A stretch of 64,000 nucleotides of DNA from Elsinoe ampelina. Its lineage: Eukaryota. Of this stretch, positions 46,632 through 56,185 are shown piece by piece. The translations under genes were made by a program, and so were the position numbers. The notes beneath the pieces are model-generated. The model was given only the letters and a program-made list of their open reading frames with translations. It was not told where the DNA came from and searched no databases. Location of the stretch: positions 1,603,234 through 1,667,233 of the forward strand of contig ML992503.1 of assembly GCA_010093995.1 (NCBI GenBank), in the 5' to 3' direction. Positions within the stretch are counted from its first letter, which is position 1; each line of letters opens with the position of its first letter.

Positions 46632-49511
46632 ATGCACTTCAACAATGTGGTTTCGGCTGCCATCAGCCTTGCTGCCCTTGCAGCTCCGGTTGATGCCTTC
46701 TGGCGTATGTCCTGTCCTGGTCGTATCATGACCTCTCGTATGGACCCCATCGTCAACCCGGGTGCCATCTCTGGACACGTGCATACCATCTCTGGTGGTA
46801 ATGCATTCAACTACAGCATGACCTATGCCGATACCCAAAAATCGACATGCTCATCCTGCCCGATCAAGCAGGATTTGTCCAACTACTGGGTACCTAACTT
46901 GTATTACCGCACCAAGGATGGCAAGTTTATCGACGTGCCTCAGGCTGGTGACGGAACTGGTGTTTACGGCGGTATGATCGTCTACTACCTCCAGCGCGGT
47001 GGTCCCAACAACGATGCCCTCAAGGCATTCCCTAAGGATTTCCGCATGCTTGCCGGTAACCCGTACAAGCGCAACTACACCGACGACTTTGCTGGCCAGG
47101 CTGTATCTTTCGTCTGCTTGAACTACAGCGGAAAATCTGGATACTTCAACAAATTCCCCGATACGCCATGCCCTGATGGTCTTCGTGCCCAGATCTTCTT
47201 CCCGTCTTGCTGGGACGGTGTCAACCTCGATTCCGCCGACCACATGTCCCACATGGCTTACCCGACAAAGTACAGCTATGACAATGGTCCTTGCCCAGCA
47301 ACCCACCCAGTCCACTTGATCTCCATCTTCTACGAGATCATCTTTTCCACCGCTGGATTCGAATGGTGGACACCCGATGGAGCTGAGCAGCCATTCGTCT
47401 TCTCCACTGGTGACCCAACTGGCTACGGATTTCACGGTGATTTCTTGAACGGATGGGATGTTGATGTCCTGCAAAAGGCCACTGACACCTGCACTGCTGA
47501 GAGCGGCCGTCCAGAAGATTGCCCAGTCTTCGAGTTCTTCGATGACGACACAACTCAGGGCTGCATCGTTCCTCCTTCAATCGCCCAGCCAGTCACCGGT
47601 ACTCTTGATAAGATCCCAGGTTGCAACCCTGTTCAGAACACCAACGCCAAGAAGCAGACCTGCACCGATGACAACGCCACCATCGGAACCCAGGCCATCT
47701 ACTACAGCAACTTCACCGGCTGGGATTACGTCGGCTGTGCCATCGACAGGTCCGGCAACCGCACTTTCGATGACGACCGCTGGTGGGACGAGGATGTCAC
47801 CATCGACGGCTGCATGAATTACTGCGGAGCCAAGGGCTACAAGTACATTGGTGTGGAATACGCCAACCAGTGCTTCTGCTCAAACACTCTTGCAGCCGAC
47901 CGCGCTCCCAACCCGAATGTTTTTGGTAACTGCTTCACTCCCTGTGCCGGTAACTCCAGCCAGATTTGCGGTGGTGCTTCTCGCCTCTCCGTCTATAAGC
48001 TCTCTGGATCGTACAAGCCTATCGGTTCGGCAACAACCAAGATTGCTTGCCCTGCATCCAACGGCACCGAGTATGTCTCCACCAATGGTACCTTCCAGAT
48101 CGAGTGTTCCTTCGACCGTGGTGGAGGTGACATCGGCATGAAGTACACCCAGCAGTCTGGCAACATCACTCAGTGTATCGACCTCTGCGCCGACACTCCC
48201 AACTGTTCGTTTGTATCGCTCGCTGGCAGCGCGTGTTACATGAAGGGTGGTGCTCTCCGATCTGGTAGTACCAACTCTGGTGTCCAGGGTGCCCGCTTGG
48301 TGTCTGCCGTCTCCAAGGCAAAGGCAGTGGTAGTCTCCTCGTCCTCTACCACGACTTCAGCTCTTGCCACCTCGGCTGCTGGCTCCTCGGCTGCTAGCTC
48401 CTCGGCCGCTAGCTCCAGCATCACGACCTCGCTCAAGACGACCACCACTACCACCACCAAGACCACGACTGCCGCCTCCACTGCTCAGGCCGGTGCCACC
48501 TTCACGGTCGCGCCATCGTGCCCCTACTCCAATGCCACCTACTACCAGTCACCTTCTACCGGTTCGCTCTTCCTCATCGAGTGTGGCATCGATCATTCTG
48601 GTGGTGACATGGCTTCCAAGGGCGTTAGCAGTTTCCAGGAGTGTATCGAGGCCTGTGCCGCGCTTCCTGGCTGTGTTGATATCTCGCTCTCTGGTGGCGC
48701 TTGCTACATGAAGAGGACTCTCGGCCAGGCCAACGCCAACTCTGGCATCAAGGGTGCCAAGTTGATCAGCGCTGGTACTGTCAGCTCCTCTAGCACTACT
48801 ACCACCACCTCAAAGGTAGCTACCACCTCCGCTGCGGCCACTTCCACCGCCGCCTCTTCCGCTGTAACTTCATCTGCTCCTGCCTCATCCGCTGCCTCAT
48901 CCGCTGCCACATCAGCTTCAGCATCTTCAGCATCTTCAGCATCTTCAGCATCTTCAGCAGCTGCCTCCAGCTCCAAGCCAACCACCACTACCACCACCAC
49001 AGCTAGCACTGCCCCCACCTCCTCCCCAGCCGTCGACTCCACCGCCCCCGTAGCCAACAAGCAAGTCGTCACCTCCGCCTCCACGCAAACCACCACGACC
49101 CTCCAGACCTCCACCCGCAGCACCCCCTCCCCCTCCTCCACCGTCACCGCCGCCATCTGCCCAGACAACAACTCGACCATCTTCGTCGACCCCACTTCCG
49201 GGTACCAATACCTCATCGAGTGCGGCATCGACCACGAAGGCGGCGACCTCTCCATGACCTACGTGCAGACGCTCGAAGCCTGCATCGCCGCCTGCGCCAC
49301 CACCTCGGGCTGCGTCGACGTCTCCCTCTCCGGCCAGGCTTGCTACATGAAGAAGACGCTGGGTCGCGCCATCCAGAACGCCGGCCTCAAGGGCGCCAAG
49401 TTGATCAATTCTTCGCCAACCAGTGCGCCGCAGGGCACGCCGACGCCGACGGCCGGTGCGGATGCTGGGGTGACGGCTGGGCCGCCGGTGGCGAGGACGG
49501 CGACTGCTTAG
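46632..49511 (+). CDS. Secreted modular protein: signal peptide, DUF1996, WSC, three Cys-rich PAN/apple-like repeats with S/T/A linkers
   Basis: MHFNNVVSAAISLAALAAPVDAFWRMSC, RMDPIVNPG..SGHVH, DLSNYWVP, FPSCWDG and GYGFHGDFLNGW (DUF1996). YVGC...GVEYANQCFC...CAGNSSQICGG (WSC). Three repeats of IEC.xDHxGGD...CI..CA...C...ACYMK. Confidence 0.9.
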   Translation: MHFNNVVSAAISLAALAAPVDAFWRMSCPGRIMTSRMDPIVNPGAISGHVHTISGGNAFNYSMTYADTQKSTCSSCPIKQDLSNYWVPNLYYRTKDGKFIDVPQAGDGTGVYGGMIVYYLQRGGPNNDALKAFPKDFRMLAGNPYKRNYTDDFAGQAVSFVCLNYSGKSGYFNKFPDTPCPDGLRAQIFFPSCWDGVNLDSADHMSHMAYPTKYSYDNGPCPATHPVHLISIFYEIIFSTAGFEWWTPDGAEQPFVFSTGDPTGYGFHGDFLNGWDVDVLQKATDTCTAESGRPEDCPVFEFFDDDTTQGCIVPPSIAQPVTGTLDKIPGCNPVQNTNAKKQTCTDDNATIGTQAIYYSNFTGWDYVGCAIDRSGNRTFDDDRWWDEDVTIDGCMNYCGAKGYKYIGVEYANQCFCSNTLAADRAPNPNVFGNCFTPCAGNSSQICGGASRLSVYKLSGSYKPIGSATTKIACPASNGTEYVSTNGTFQIECSFDRGGGDIGMKYTQQSGNITQCIDLCADTPNCSFVSLAGSACYMKGGALRSGSTNSGVQGARLVSAVSKAKAVVVSSSSTTTSALATSAAGSSAASSSAASSSITTSLKTTTTTTTKTTTAASTAQAGATFTVAPSCPYSNATYYQSPSTGSLFLIECGIDHSGGDMASKGVSSFQECIEACAALPGCVDISLSGGACYMKRTLGQANANSGIKGAKLISAGTVSSSSTTTTTSKVATTSAAATSTAASSAVTSSAPASSAASSAATSASASSASSASSASSAAASSSKPTTTTTTTASTAPTSSPAVDSTAPVANKQVVTSASTQTTTTLQTSTRSTPSPSSTVTAAICPDNNSTIFVDPTSGYQYLIECGIDHEGGDLSMTYVQTLEACIAACATTSGCVDVSLSGQACYMKKTLGRAIQNAGLKGAKLINSSPTSAPQGTPTPTAGADAGVTAGPPVARTATA

Positions 49512-49682
49512 GTGTAGTGCTGAGGAAGCGGATGGGGGGTTGTAGTCATAGATTGTGCATAGGGGGAGAGAGGGTTGCTTTCTCTTCTGTATATATGATG
49601 CTGGGCCGGCTCCTGTTGGGCGGCTTGGGCCTTTATGAATCATGATCCCTGAGGGGTCCGTTCGAAACATGCCTATCATTTC

Positions 49683-50361
49683 TGTCTGTATCGTTACCTG
49701 TCTGTGTCCTTACTTGTCTGTGTCCTTACTTGTGTGTGTCCTTACTTGTGTGTGTCCTTACTTGTCTATGTCCTTACTTATCTATGTCCTTACTTGTCTA
49801 TGTCCTTACTTATCTATGTCCTTACTTGTCTATGTCCTTACTTGTCTATGTCCTTACTTGTCTATATCCTTACTTATCTGTNNNNNNNNNNNNNNNNNNN
49901 NNNNNNNNNNNNNNNNNNNNNNNNNNNNNNNNNNNNNNNNNNNNNNNNNNNNNNNNNNNNNNNNNNNNNNNNNNNNNNNNNNNNNNNNNNNNNNNNNNNN
50001 NNNNNNNNNNNNNNNNNNNNNNNNNNNNNNNNNNNNNNNNNNNNNNNNNNNNNNNNNNNNNNNNNNNNNNNNNNNNNNNNNNNNNNNNNNNNNNNNNNNN
50101 NNNNNNNNNNNNNNNNNNNNNNNNNNNNNNNNNNNNNNNNNNNNNNNNNNNNNNNNNNNNNNNNNNNNNNNNNNNNNNNNNNNNNNNNNNNNNNNNNNNN
50201 NNNNNNNNNNNNNNNNNNNNNNNNNNNNNNNNNNNNNNNNNNNNNNNNNNNTCCTTACTTATCTATATCCTTACTTATCTATGTCCTTACTTATCTATAT
50301 CCTTACTTGTCTATATCCTTACTTATCTATGTCCTTACTTGTCTATGTCCTTACCTGTCTA
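49683..50361. repeat. 16-bp tandem minisatellite (consensus TGTCCTTACTTGTCTA) spanning an assembly gap
   Basis: About 12 copies left of the gap and about 7 right of it. Variants differ mainly by G/A at TG dinucleotides. Confidence 0.95.
49882..50251. other. Assembly gap (370 N)
   Basis: Run of N inside the minisatellite. Confidence 1.
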
Positions 50362-51517
50362 AAGATTATAACTGCCGCAGCTGTTTGTAGGATTAGGGGA
50401 AGGAAAAGTGAAAATGAAGCAGGGAAAGCAAGGTGATGAACCTCGAGCTCGCAAGGTGTGAAGATCATTCGGGTCATCGAGGTCTAAGATGATTATAGAG
50501 ATGCGGAGAGGACCGCGGAAGATGTTATGCATGGTGGAAGTGATACCCTAGAGATTGATGGTGGAGAAGTCATGATTCTTCTAATGTATCAACGGGTCTT
50601 GCGGTTTATACGCAGTGTTCAAACCCTCAGTCTACCTAGTCTACTCAGTCTACTGCATTGTAGTTATGTCAAGGTTAGCTCATGAAGTGGTGCCGTGAGG
50701 TGTCCATAGATAAGATGGAAAATCAAGGGTGAAGATGTGGCTCTGGCCAGATCGTCGATCATCTCCTTTTTCGAGATTAGAGTTTGCGAGACAGCGGTCA
50801 GGCGTGAAGAGCTCTGATTCGTTGAGCTCAGCTCCGGAGCGGACTCCGGAGCTTTGCTCACACATACATCATCGAACTTGGAAGGCAGATCGCATCTGGG
50901 GTCGCCAAGGAGGTCATCGAGATGCATGTCTGGCAGAATGGAGTCGCGTATGCCCATCATGAGCAGTGTCTTGCATATCCATCTTCGATCCCATCTGCCG
51001 TGTCCGTACGATATCCATGACACGTTGAGCATGGTTTGAGTCTCGACGCGTCTGGCGTTCGATGTACCTCGAGGTTCGGCTGACATGCGATCAGTTTCAT
51101 GCCTCAGCACTTGTTATCATCCCGTCAAGCTCAAGGACGCGCCATTCGGACGGTCTGGATCACGATGATCATGCGCTGGCGACCCGCAGGGAATGGCGTG
51201 GGAAGAGATGACCAATGTTTGCGGTGAACAAATGGTTTAGCTCGAACCGGGCTAGGAACAAGAACCGCAGATCCACTTCTTCCTGTTCGCTGGTCGGAGC
51301 GGGCGCCGACCTTTTTAAAAACGTTGCCTGTGCTTGAACCACCATTTTCATGCCGTCCCACCCCTCGATGCGCGATTGACCGACCATGTTACCTTGCGCG
51401 AGAATTACGACATGTCTGCTGCTATAATACGGCCTTACCGCCCAGCCGGTCCTGTCTGGCGGCCTCCCGGCGGTTTCGTGGACCTGTGCTAGACGACGCC
51501 ATTGGGCTCTTTCCTCC

Positions 51518-52225
51518 ATGCAGCGGATGCGTCTCGACCAGCCATCAGAGTCCTCAAGTTCTGATGCCAATTCACCACTTCATCTCATACAAAGCTCATC
51601 GTCGGGATCCAGGTCTGGTCTTTCATCAAGGGGATACGACCTTGAAAGTGCGGGATCAGAAACGAAGAAGCGCTCTCACGTCCGCGTCGCCTGCAACTCA
51701 TGCCGATCGAAGAAGCTGAAATGTAATGGAGATAGGCCTGCTTGCACCGCTTGCCAGGATAGGAACATCGATTGCGTCTATGAGAGCGACCCTTCGTCGA
51801 CCCGATTAGACAACCTGAAGCGCAAGACGGCAGTGCTGGAGGAGGAGAATCAAGACTTGCGTAGCCTGGTCGAGCTGCTTCGAAGCCGACCTCAAAGCGA
51901 AGTGGATAACGTGGTCAGTCGTTTGCGACTTGGCGATGAGGTGCGAAGTGCTGTCGAGCATGCTCGTCCTGGACACGTCCTCTCTCGTGTCATGTCAGAT
52001 GGCATTGACGCGCAGAGCAGAGCAACTCTGACGGCTCGACTTCAGATTTCAGAACCACAGAACGTACAGGCTGAAGCTCAAGCAGCTGTGGTCCCACATC
52101 TGGCGCGCCAGTCCACTGGATCGTCTCAGCGCGATAAGAGAATGGATATTTCGTCGGTCTTGGAAGGAGGAGAAGAGGATACACCCAGCCAGCCACACTC
52201 TCGCGCGCATCCACCAAATCAATAG
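51518..52225 (+). CDS. Small Zn2Cys6 transcription factor with coiled coil
   Basis: VACNSCRSKKLKCNGDRPACTACQDRNIDCVY followed by LKRKTAVLEEENQDLRSLVELLRSRP..V..RLR and C-terminal RMDISSVL. Confidence 0.88.
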   Translation: MQRMRLDQPSESSSSDANSPLHLIQSSSSGSRSGLSSRGYDLESAGSETKKRSHVRVACNSCRSKKLKCNGDRPACTACQDRNIDCVYESDPSSTRLDNLKRKTAVLEEENQDLRSLVELLRSRPQSEVDNVVSRLRLGDEVRSAVEHARPGHVLSRVMSDGIDAQSRATLTARLQISEPQNVQAEAQAAVVPHLARQSTGSSQRDKRMDISSVLEGGEEDTPSQPHSRAHPPNQ

Positions 52226-53006
52226 CACTCATGGGCCGAATGTCACTGATGGGACGTCGGCGCATGTGAGCGCTTTCGATGTGGGAGTTTCTTTCAACAC
52301 GACGAGAAGTATTCTGGTTATTGCGAAGACGCACGCCTCATTCGTGGACAGAGCCAGACCGATTTCCAGCGTCCACAAAGGAGGCAGTGCCGTACTACAT
52401 CACCGAGTAGACTGCTCATGCAGAGGTTGCACGATGTCATACCCTCGCTGCTCCTCCGGGATCTTGAAGGAGAGGAGGTTGTCGGCTTTAGGTCTGGCAG
52501 GCCAGGCTCTTCTCTCCTCGTTGTAGATGGAACCTGCTGTGTTGGACTGTACCGGCGAACCAGTCGCTATGAAACGACAGAAGTATTTCCTAGGAACCGA
52601 CCTCCAATATTCAATCGAGTCGCTCTGGCGGGCAGTTCCGGTGGGCAGTTCTGTTGGGCACCACACCACAGGATATCGCAGCCTAGCCTAGCCGCGAAAT
52701 AGATGCTCGAGGTCAAATTGAGAAGTCATCACGTGGTATTTTCGCCGCCTGTTCAAAATCGATGTGATTGGTGCAATTCAAAGCTGTAATTCCTACGTCA
52801 TGTGGTTTCGCGTGTTTTGGCGTTTTTGCGGCACAGGCAGCTGAAGCTTCGCCCGCTGGAGCCTCAGGCATCCACCCGCCATCTTTCTTCACCTATAGGC
52901 TTCTTTGCCACAAGTTCATCACGACAGCAGCTTGTCGAAGCTTTAAAAGCTCGTCGAAATTTCGCCAGAAATCTCAATCGTCAACACATCAGTCGCATTG
53001 GTCAAA

Positions 53007-53777
53007 ATGGCTAATGAACAAGTCTACATCGTGCTCCGAACCGACTTCCTCAACCGCGAAGATGAGGGCCATCTGAACCTCATTTCTGTCCACAACACAC
53101 CCAATGCCGCCAAAAAGGCCATGGAGAAGCATATTGTAGACCACAATGGCTACAACGACATTGTTGACCCCAATACAAACCACCTCGATCTCGGCAACAG
53201 CCTATTCGGTGCTCAAGTCATCGTCGGCGCTGAAGACTACCACTCGTACGAGGTCAAAGTCGTCGCTGAGATCGTACACGGGATGGAAGACGATGCTGAT
53301 GATGACGCCGTCGACGTCGAGGAAGAAGAAGACATTGAGTCGAAGCCAAAGAAGAAGGCCAATGGCACCAAAAAGGCTGCAGCAACCAAGTCAAAGGCAA
53401 AGCCCAAGAAGGCACCAGCGAAACGCAAGACCACGTCCGATGAGGAGGAAGTCCAAGAAGATGAAGAAGCCATGCCAGCACCTCCGTCAGGATCGTCGTC
53501 TGCTCTCCAGGGCCTCAAATTCATCGTCACCGGAACCCTCGAAGGTCTCAAACGCACCGAAGCACAAGCTTTGATCGAGAATCACGGCGGCCAATATGTT
53601 CGTGCGCTGCCCAAGACCGAAGGTGGGACTCGACCAGACTATGTCGTACTGGGTGTCAAGCCTGGAGACAAGAAGGTCGAGGAGATCAGGGCATCCGGCT
53701 ATTCAACTCTCAACCAGGCTGATCTCTACGAATTGATCGAGACCAGAACATCCGGGGCAAAGAGGGTGAAGAGATGA
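53007..53777 (+). CDS. Stand-alone BRCT-domain protein (RFC1/NAD-ligase-type BRCT) with unknown N-terminal domain
   Basis: LQGLKFIVTGTLEGLKRTEAQALIENHGG...DYVVLGVKPGDKKVEEI, an acidic/Lys-rich linker and a basic C-terminal AKRVKR. Good start context CAAAATGG. Confidence 0.85.
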   Translation: MANEQVYIVLRTDFLNREDEGHLNLISVHNTPNAAKKAMEKHIVDHNGYNDIVDPNTNHLDLGNSLFGAQVIVGAEDYHSYEVKVVAEIVHGMEDDADDDAVDVEEEEDIESKPKKKANGTKKAAATKSKAKPKKAPAKRKTTSDEEEVQEDEEAMPAPPSGSSSALQGLKFIVTGTLEGLKRTEAQALIENHGGQYVRALPKTEGGTRPDYVVLGVKPGDKKVEEIRASGYSTLNQADLYELIETRTSGAKRVKR

Positions 53778-55561
53778 GCGGAGGGAGCCGAATGATCAGT
53801 GTGAGCCAAATGCTCAGTGTGAAAGGTGGTCTTAATCTGACCTGTTTGCTTTGAGCGATGGCGTTGGTCGGACCGAGCGTTGCCGGATGATAGTTGTGCA
53901 TATCTTAAACCGATGCATACAGTACAATTCATGAGACGAACGTTGACGATCAATTCCTGCTGTCTTAGTGAACTTGGGTACTGTACTAACGCTAGCTGAG
54001 CTGCGCGCATACCAGCTCGGAGATCACCGTTCACTCGTCGCTGCTATCTACGCGCCTACTGTATCAATGGCGTACCGAAGCCAGTATCTAGCATGTAGCT
54101 TGGACTATCGTCGTCGGCCCCTTCAAGGTGGGTGTTACTCGACTGCCGCACCCGGAAACATCTCGTCCGAAGCTCGGTGCTGCCAATTTCACCCAGGGTT
54201 GCAATCTGAACCCTTACCCTCTCTCTTTCATCCAAAACATCGGGTCGAACATCATGAAGATCATTCGACAGAATGCCGCTCCTTGGAGAAGCCTACGTCG
54301 CCAGCCGAGGTGTTGCCGCTTTCGATACTTGTGGCTTGCCCGGCGGCGTCTAATCCACATCTATCATAGGCTGGACAGAGAACGGTCGCCGCTAGAGCTG
54401 CACGGAGGACTGATACAAGCAGTACGTAGCGGCAGCATTTGCACCAAGCTCACCATCCTCCGGAACCACGCTAGAGCTATTCTCAAGGGCCGATGTTCTC
54501 CGCAACGGGCCAGACCAGACCTGCAGCGCCAGACCTTGAAGGCTTGAACGACTCTATATCCACAATGAATCAGTGTATCATCGGTCGATCTTGTACAGCC
54601 GGCTGCATGCGAACGTCCGACTCGTAGGCATTGAGGTACAGGTGTATAGGGTCGCACAGTGATTTCATTCTGTCGCATTGCTTGAGCAAATTCCGGACAT
54701 CACCTGAAATGACGAGCAAGACGGGCTATTCCTGACAATGCTCTTGTCCACAAGATCTCATCTTCACACCCAACGATCAAAGATCAACGATCCACGAGCC
54801 CGCTGAGATTACTGGCAGGCTTCGCGGCTTCAATGACGGCAAAGCCCACCTGCCACTCACGACATAGCCTGCTGCAGCTTGGCTAACTACAGATCAGAGA
54901 GAAGTGCCTGAGCCCGGTTGGCGGTGCCTGCCAGAAAATCGAGCTAGTCCGAACCGGTGGAGTTTACAAAGCCTTACTTTCAAGCCAAAGATGATCAGAT
55001 GATGTCCATATTCATGGCTGCTTGCTCCAGCGTTACGGCTTACCACCTATCAACATCACCCTGCATTACGTAGGTCCGTACAGGCATCGTTAAACCGTCC
55101 TTGCATGCTTAGCTACACTTTGATAGCGGGCGATATTGTCGTCCGAGCATATGGCATTCTCCAGTCCGCCGGTCCGGGATTGACTGATTGACGGTATCGT
55201 CCATGATTTGATTGGATGTCCACAGTAGGTCCTCCCTCCACCAAGATCAGCGCTTTCATGCAGCAGCTTCGCAGCAAACGATCTTGACATGACGACTCAA
55301 TCTCTCGCCTGCAGTCATCTGCGCAGCGACTTCTATGCCGGCTGTGTTAGTCGAAGTTCTTGCAGCGACCGAGTCCTTAGGCAGGAACTTGCGCCTTCGT
55401 CGGGCTGGCGCAGCAAACATAAACATATTCGGTCACGCATATGTTTTTCATCCACCCCCAGTAAGAAGTGTGGACGACGTTCATATATCAAGCTCGCCCA
55501 TACTTAATCTACCGAACGCTGCTATCACATAATACAGAACTCAGACAACTCGTTCTCCACC

Positions 55562-56185
55562 ATGTCATACCTGACGGCGTTCGCCTTCTTCTCATTTTTG
55601 GTTCTCGCGACTACTTTCATCTTCAATCCACCCCGTCACCCAGCCGGCTTCGTCGCACTACGGGATCAGCTCGACCAATTGTCTTGGGCAGTCTTTCTAC
55701 TCGAAAAGCACAATATTGCCTTGTCAGATTATGATCGACCTGCTTTCGAAGAAGACGTTGATCTTGCCAAACGCAAACTTGCTATCATCCGACCTTCGTT
55801 CGAGTATCTCGCCAGGCTGTGGCCGATAGCGACGACATTTGCATGGCCTTTCCAAAGTCCTCACTTGTATCGTCAGACTCGCAGCATCTTCCGAATTGTG
55901 AAGAATCGTCGACATTCTCTCACGGACCCTGGCGCCGATGCTGTGCGACAGCTCGTCGACATTAGCGACACTCTGAAAGAGCTTAGGACACTCTCAGAGC
56001 AGACGGAGACGGTACTATTTCAGATCATCCGCGTCCAGCAACAAGTCGAGGACTTGACCGAGTGGATCAAGGTGGATCATTGGAGAGGAACTCCTTCGAG
56101 GACGTCCAGCTCCATGGCAGGTACAGCTGGAACAGGAAGGAGTACTTTTGAATTTACTGAAGATGTTGCCGATGCAGAAGAATAA
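55562..56185 (+). CDS. Orphan protein A: N-terminal hydrophobic helix plus helical/coiled-coil domain
   Basis: 207-codon ORF with good start context (ACCATG), hydrophobic YLTAFAFFSFLVLATTFIF, and colinear similarity to the 60988 gene. Confidence 0.75.
   Translation: MSYLTAFAFFSFLVLATTFIFNPPRHPAGFVALRDQLDQLSWAVFLLEKHNIALSDYDRPAFEEDVDLAKRKLAIIRPSFEYLARLWPIATTFAWPFQSPHLYRQTRSIFRIVKNRRHSLTDPGADAVRQLVDISDTLKELRTLSEQTETVLFQIIRVQQQVEDLTEWIKVDHWRGTPSRTSSSMAGTAGTGRSTFEFTEDVADAEE

Noticed and set aside
49642..50436. ORFs running through the repeat and N gap; possible CRISPR-like array
   Set aside because: Artefacts of a spacer-less 16-bp tandem repeat and Ns in a eukaryotic context.
50400..51500. Medium ORFs (e.g. 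50664-51110 minus)
   Set aside because: No motifs, non-ATG starts or poor context; probably the promoter region of the Zn2Cys6 gene.
53800..55500. Overlapping ORFs and a TACTAAC..TAG acceptor near 53980-53994
   Set aside because: I could not assemble a coherent gene, and there are no TE hallmarks (TIR, LTR, TSD, transposase or RT motifs).
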